37,940 nucleotides of DNA from a virus (lineage: Duplodnaviria > Caudoviricetes), in IMG/VR virus record IMGVR_UViG_3300032235_000795, positions 1 through 37,940 of that record, one strand, 5' to 3'. This document shows positions 35,353 to 37,940 of the stretch, one piece after another; the first letter of the stretch is position 1, and every line of letters begins with the position of its first letter. Position numbers and translations under genes: made by a program. The notes under the pieces were generated by a model. The model did no database searches. It was given only the letters and a program-made list of their open reading frames with translations, and was not told the DNA's origin.

Positions 35353-35395
35353 TCGACCTCTAACTTCAGGCTTCTTGGTACTTTAGCGCCGTAAC

Positions 35396-37249
35396 TCACC
35401 ACTGCTTCACAAAACTCCGCTTCGGTGCCGCTGCCGCACGCACACGCTTCGGCTTCTCCTCACCGCGCCTTTCAAGTTGATCCCATATCGTCCTCCTGTC
35501 CATCTTCTGGTACAAACGATGCAATGCCGCATACGCATAATTCATTTCATCCAACGCTTCGTTTGCAGCCTGACTCTTCTTCACCCATACGCGCTCGGGA
35601 TAGCCATTCCTAAACCGCAGGATCTGCTTCTCGGCTGTCAATTCCTCGAAATAATCCGTTCCAATCGTTGGGAAGAAATGCAAATATCCCGCCCCGGGCT
35701 CATTGTGCTTCAATCGGCCAAACAACAACGATTTAACCGTGTCGACGCCGACCGGAAACAACTGTGCCCCTTTCTTTAACGCCTTGCCCTTGTAGTCCAC
35801 ATCAACCTTGGTGGCCTTCCCCAGAGGTGGCTTGCCCTTCTGCGACATACCCTTAATCGCAATCACACCCATTGCCGCGCGCTCCCTGCTGTACTGATAC
35901 ACCTCTTGCGTGTGGTGACCGCCAGAGTCGATCGCGCAACACAGCACCTTCATCTCTTCGTCGGCCTCATTTAGGTAAGGCTTCTGCAAAATCTCGTCCA
36001 ATTGCTTCCACACCTCTGGCCGAGATGGGCTCCCATATAGCTTCACGCGATCGATCAGCCAGCCTTCTTCCTCGCGGCCCCATCCCCACACGCTGAGCGA
36101 CAGGCGGTCATCCTGCACGTCACACCCAATCGTCAACGCCAGTACCTCAGCAGGTGGCACATATTGCTGATACTGCTCCTCTGCCGCGCGCTCAAGCAGA
36201 GAATCGGCGCCAACCTTCGATGCATACTCGTCTTCCCACGTCTCGCCAAGCACCGTATTGACGAACGTTTTTAGCTGTTCTGCGTCGTTCTTTGCATCCA
36301 AGAATTCTTCTACCAGATTTGGCCACGTTGCATTCGGGCTATAGCTATACGCCGCCCAGATATGAAACCCCACATGCTTCCCGTTTCCCGGCGCAGTAGC
36401 GCGCCACTCACCGCGCTCCACCATCCAACGCTTTTTAGAATGTGGAATTATTACGCCACATGACTCGCAGCAATACCCCGCTGTGCTCGGGTCGCCATCA
36501 GTCCAGCGAATGTTTGGCCATTTCAGGTACTGCATATGACCACAATCAGGACACGGGACGAAATAGCGACGCTGATCCGTTTGCAGGAACATGCGCTCCA
36601 CGCGGCTGAAGTCCTTCACTGTCGGCGTGCTACCGGCCACAATTGTGCGATTCCAGTAGTACTCAGTCCGTCGGATACCAAGTTTGATCTGATCACCTTC
36701 TGCACCCGCCGACGCCGGATAACCATCGATCTCGTCAAATAAAACCACCCTCCGACTCACACGCCTAAAGCCGCGCGGGCTATTAGCGCCCACCATGCTC
36801 AGCGTTCCACCCGGAAACTGCTTCTGCAAAATTGTGTTCGCGCCATCCTTCGCCTTCGACTCGCTCACCAAACCCTTCAAGCAAGGCGTATCACGCAACA
36901 TCGGCGCGATCTCTTCCTTCGAATAACCCTGAGCGTCCTCGATCGTCGGCTGCACCAGCATGATCGGACACGGATCCTGATGAATATGAAATGCAATGGT
37001 GTGGTTCAAGATCTTCGAGTACCCCACGCGGGCGCTCTTCATCACCGTCACCTGTTCAACCTTTGCATCTGTTATTGCATCCATAATTCCTTTTTGATAC
37101 GGCAAAGTATGCCATCTGCCGCCTTCTGCGCTGCTTTCTGCGCTTAAAAATGCATAACGATCTGCCCACTCGCTCAAAGTCAGCTTTTCTGGCGGTCGAA
37201 ACGCCATAAACGCTGCTTTTTTTACCCTTAGCAGGTTGTCCTCAGTCAT
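35396..37249 (-). CDS. terL: Terminase large subunit, lambda GpA family
   Basis: LSEWAD, MKSARVGYS, LFDEIDGY, GSTPT, VPCPDC, F.NT.LGETW, DVQDDR, IDSGG, NEALD. Confidence 0.97.
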   Translation of the reverse strand: MTEDNLLRVKKAAFMAFRPPEKLTLSEWADRYAFLSAESSAEGGRWHTLPYQKGIMDAITDAKVEQVTVMKSARVGYSKILNHTIAFHIHQDPCPIMLVQPTIEDAQGYSKEEIAPMLRDTPCLKGLVSESKAKDGANTILQKQFPGGTLSMVGANSPRGFRRVSRRVVLFDEIDGYPASAGAEGDQIKLGIRRTEYYWNRTIVAGSTPTVKDFSRVERMFLQTDQRRYFVPCPDCGHMQYLKWPNIRWTDGDPSTAGYCCESCGVIIPHSKKRWMVERGEWRATAPGNGKHVGFHIWAAYSYSPNATWPNLVEEFLDAKNDAEQLKTFVNTVLGETWEDEYASKVGADSLLERAAEEQYQQYVPPAEVLALTIGCDVQDDRLSLSVWGWGREEEGWLIDRVKLYGSPSRPEVWKQLDEILQKPYLNEADEEMKVLCCAIDSGGHHTQEVYQYSRERAAMGVIAIKGMSQKGKPPLGKATKVDVDYKGKALKKGAQLFPVGVDTVKSLLFGRLKHNEPGAGYLHFFPTIGTDYFEELTAEKQILRFRNGYPERVWVKKSQAANEALDEMNYAYAALHRLYQKMDRRTIWDQLERRGEEKPKRVRAAAAPKRSFVKQW

Positions 37250-37769
37250 CAGTCACGCTCTCCGACAAGTCTTCCAGTGTTTCGCGAACAATATCTTCCA
37301 GCATTGATACCGCATCAGTATCAAGATCAGGGATCCTTTGCTTTGCCTTGGTTGGAATGCCCATAATCTTTGTCCTAGCCAGCGTCACAATCTCAACCCA
37401 TTGCAACTCCACCTCGTCTGCTTTGATCAGTAGTCCTTCCTTTTGCTTGCGATCAAGCTCAAGCAACTCCGCTTTTAAGTGCTCGGTACGTGCCCTTGAC
37501 TCATCGTAATCAGGAATTGACTCCTCAGTCCTCGCCATCCGCGATCTGGCTGCCGGAAATGCTTTCTCACCAGCGGGCGGCTTTGGCCCACGCCCGATCC
37601 TGCGCTGTGTGTTTTTTGCCCAGTGCTCACGCATGGTCTCGCTGTTCACCAGCTCTCGACCATCCGCTGTTCGCACCACCGGCAAGCGACCTGTTTTCAC
37701 TGCTGCATACACCGCCTCTGGTGTCACGCCCAGCGCGCGCGCTGCCTCGGATCTCGTAATCAATGGCAT
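37242..37769 (-). CDS. terS: Terminase small subunit (Nu1-like, N-terminal HTH)
   Basis: ITRSEAARALGVTPEAVYAAVKTGRL; YDESRAR.E..KAEL..L..G.L; directly upstream of terL. Confidence 0.88.
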   Translation of the reverse strand: MPLITRSEAARALGVTPEAVYAAVKTGRLPVVRTADGRELVNSETMREHWAKNTQRRIGRGPKPPAGEKAFPAARSRMARTEESIPDYDESRARTEHLKAELLELDRKQKEGLLIKADEVELQWVEIVTLARTKIMGIPTKAKQRIPDLDTDAVSMLEDIVRETLEDLSESVTDD

Positions 37770-37816
37770 AAATAGATGTTACACGCAATGTCCAGCTAGC
37801 GTAAAGCAAAATCTTG

Positions 37817-37825
37817 TGATATAAT
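37817..37825 (+). promoter_or_regulatory. Extended -10 promoter-like element TGnTATAAT facing the contig end
   Basis: TGATATAAT in the non-coding region upstream of terS, divergent from it. Confidence 0.4.
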
Positions 37826-37929
37826 GCCCGGCTTTTTCGAAAGCGGACGGGGTAGGGGACGCATTGTTTGACGAATAGAAGATACTTCGGCGAATTGTGC
37901 CTAGCCGTATGGAGCGATTCGAATTACCT

Positions 37930-37940
37930 AGATCGGAAGA
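37930..37940 (+). other. Illumina TruSeq adapter remnant (technical artefact)
   Basis: The terminal 11 nt AGATCGGAAGA match the adapter start AGATCGGAAGAGC. Confidence 0.85.

Noticed and set aside
1-37940. tRNA, rRNA, integrase, transposase
   Set aside because: No cloverleaf/T-loop pattern or recombinase motifs recognised; lifestyle cannot be determined from this window
1-37940. Stop-codon reassignment
   Set aside because: Conserved genes are intact under the standard code, and TAA, TAG and TGA all terminate genes

Overview
About 38 kb of a tailed dsDNA phage genome. It is a lambda-like siphovirus, and its gene content points to a picocyanobacterial (Synechococcus/Cyanobium-type) host by inference. 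Positions 1-6.8 kb (mostly + strand) carry early/middle genes: an ExoVIII/RecE-like nuclease, two probable ssDNA-binding proteins, ThyX, a dNMP kinase, several Cys-rich proteins, and two small counter-oriented genes (an HTH protein and an NblA-like helical hairpin). Positions 6.7-37.8 kb (- strand) are the late region: terminase S/L, gpW-like adaptor, lambda-type portal, protease-capsid polyprotein, head-tail connectors, tail tube, frameshifted tail chaperone, tape measure, tail tip, fibres, HNH, lysis cassette, dCTP deaminase and a second HNH. The main highlights are: (1) a 966-aa head polyprotein with four extra N-terminal domains ahead of the protease, one carrying a HiPIP-like 4-Cys motif; (2) a start-less 86-codon ORF reachable from the putative holin by a -1 shift at GGGAAAAAG; (3) shared C-terminal DEGxY/DGG peptides among fibre and connector proteins; (4) an Illumina adapter at the right edge just upstream of terS, which suggests a physical genome end. 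All assignments come from motif recognition by eye; no database searches were run.
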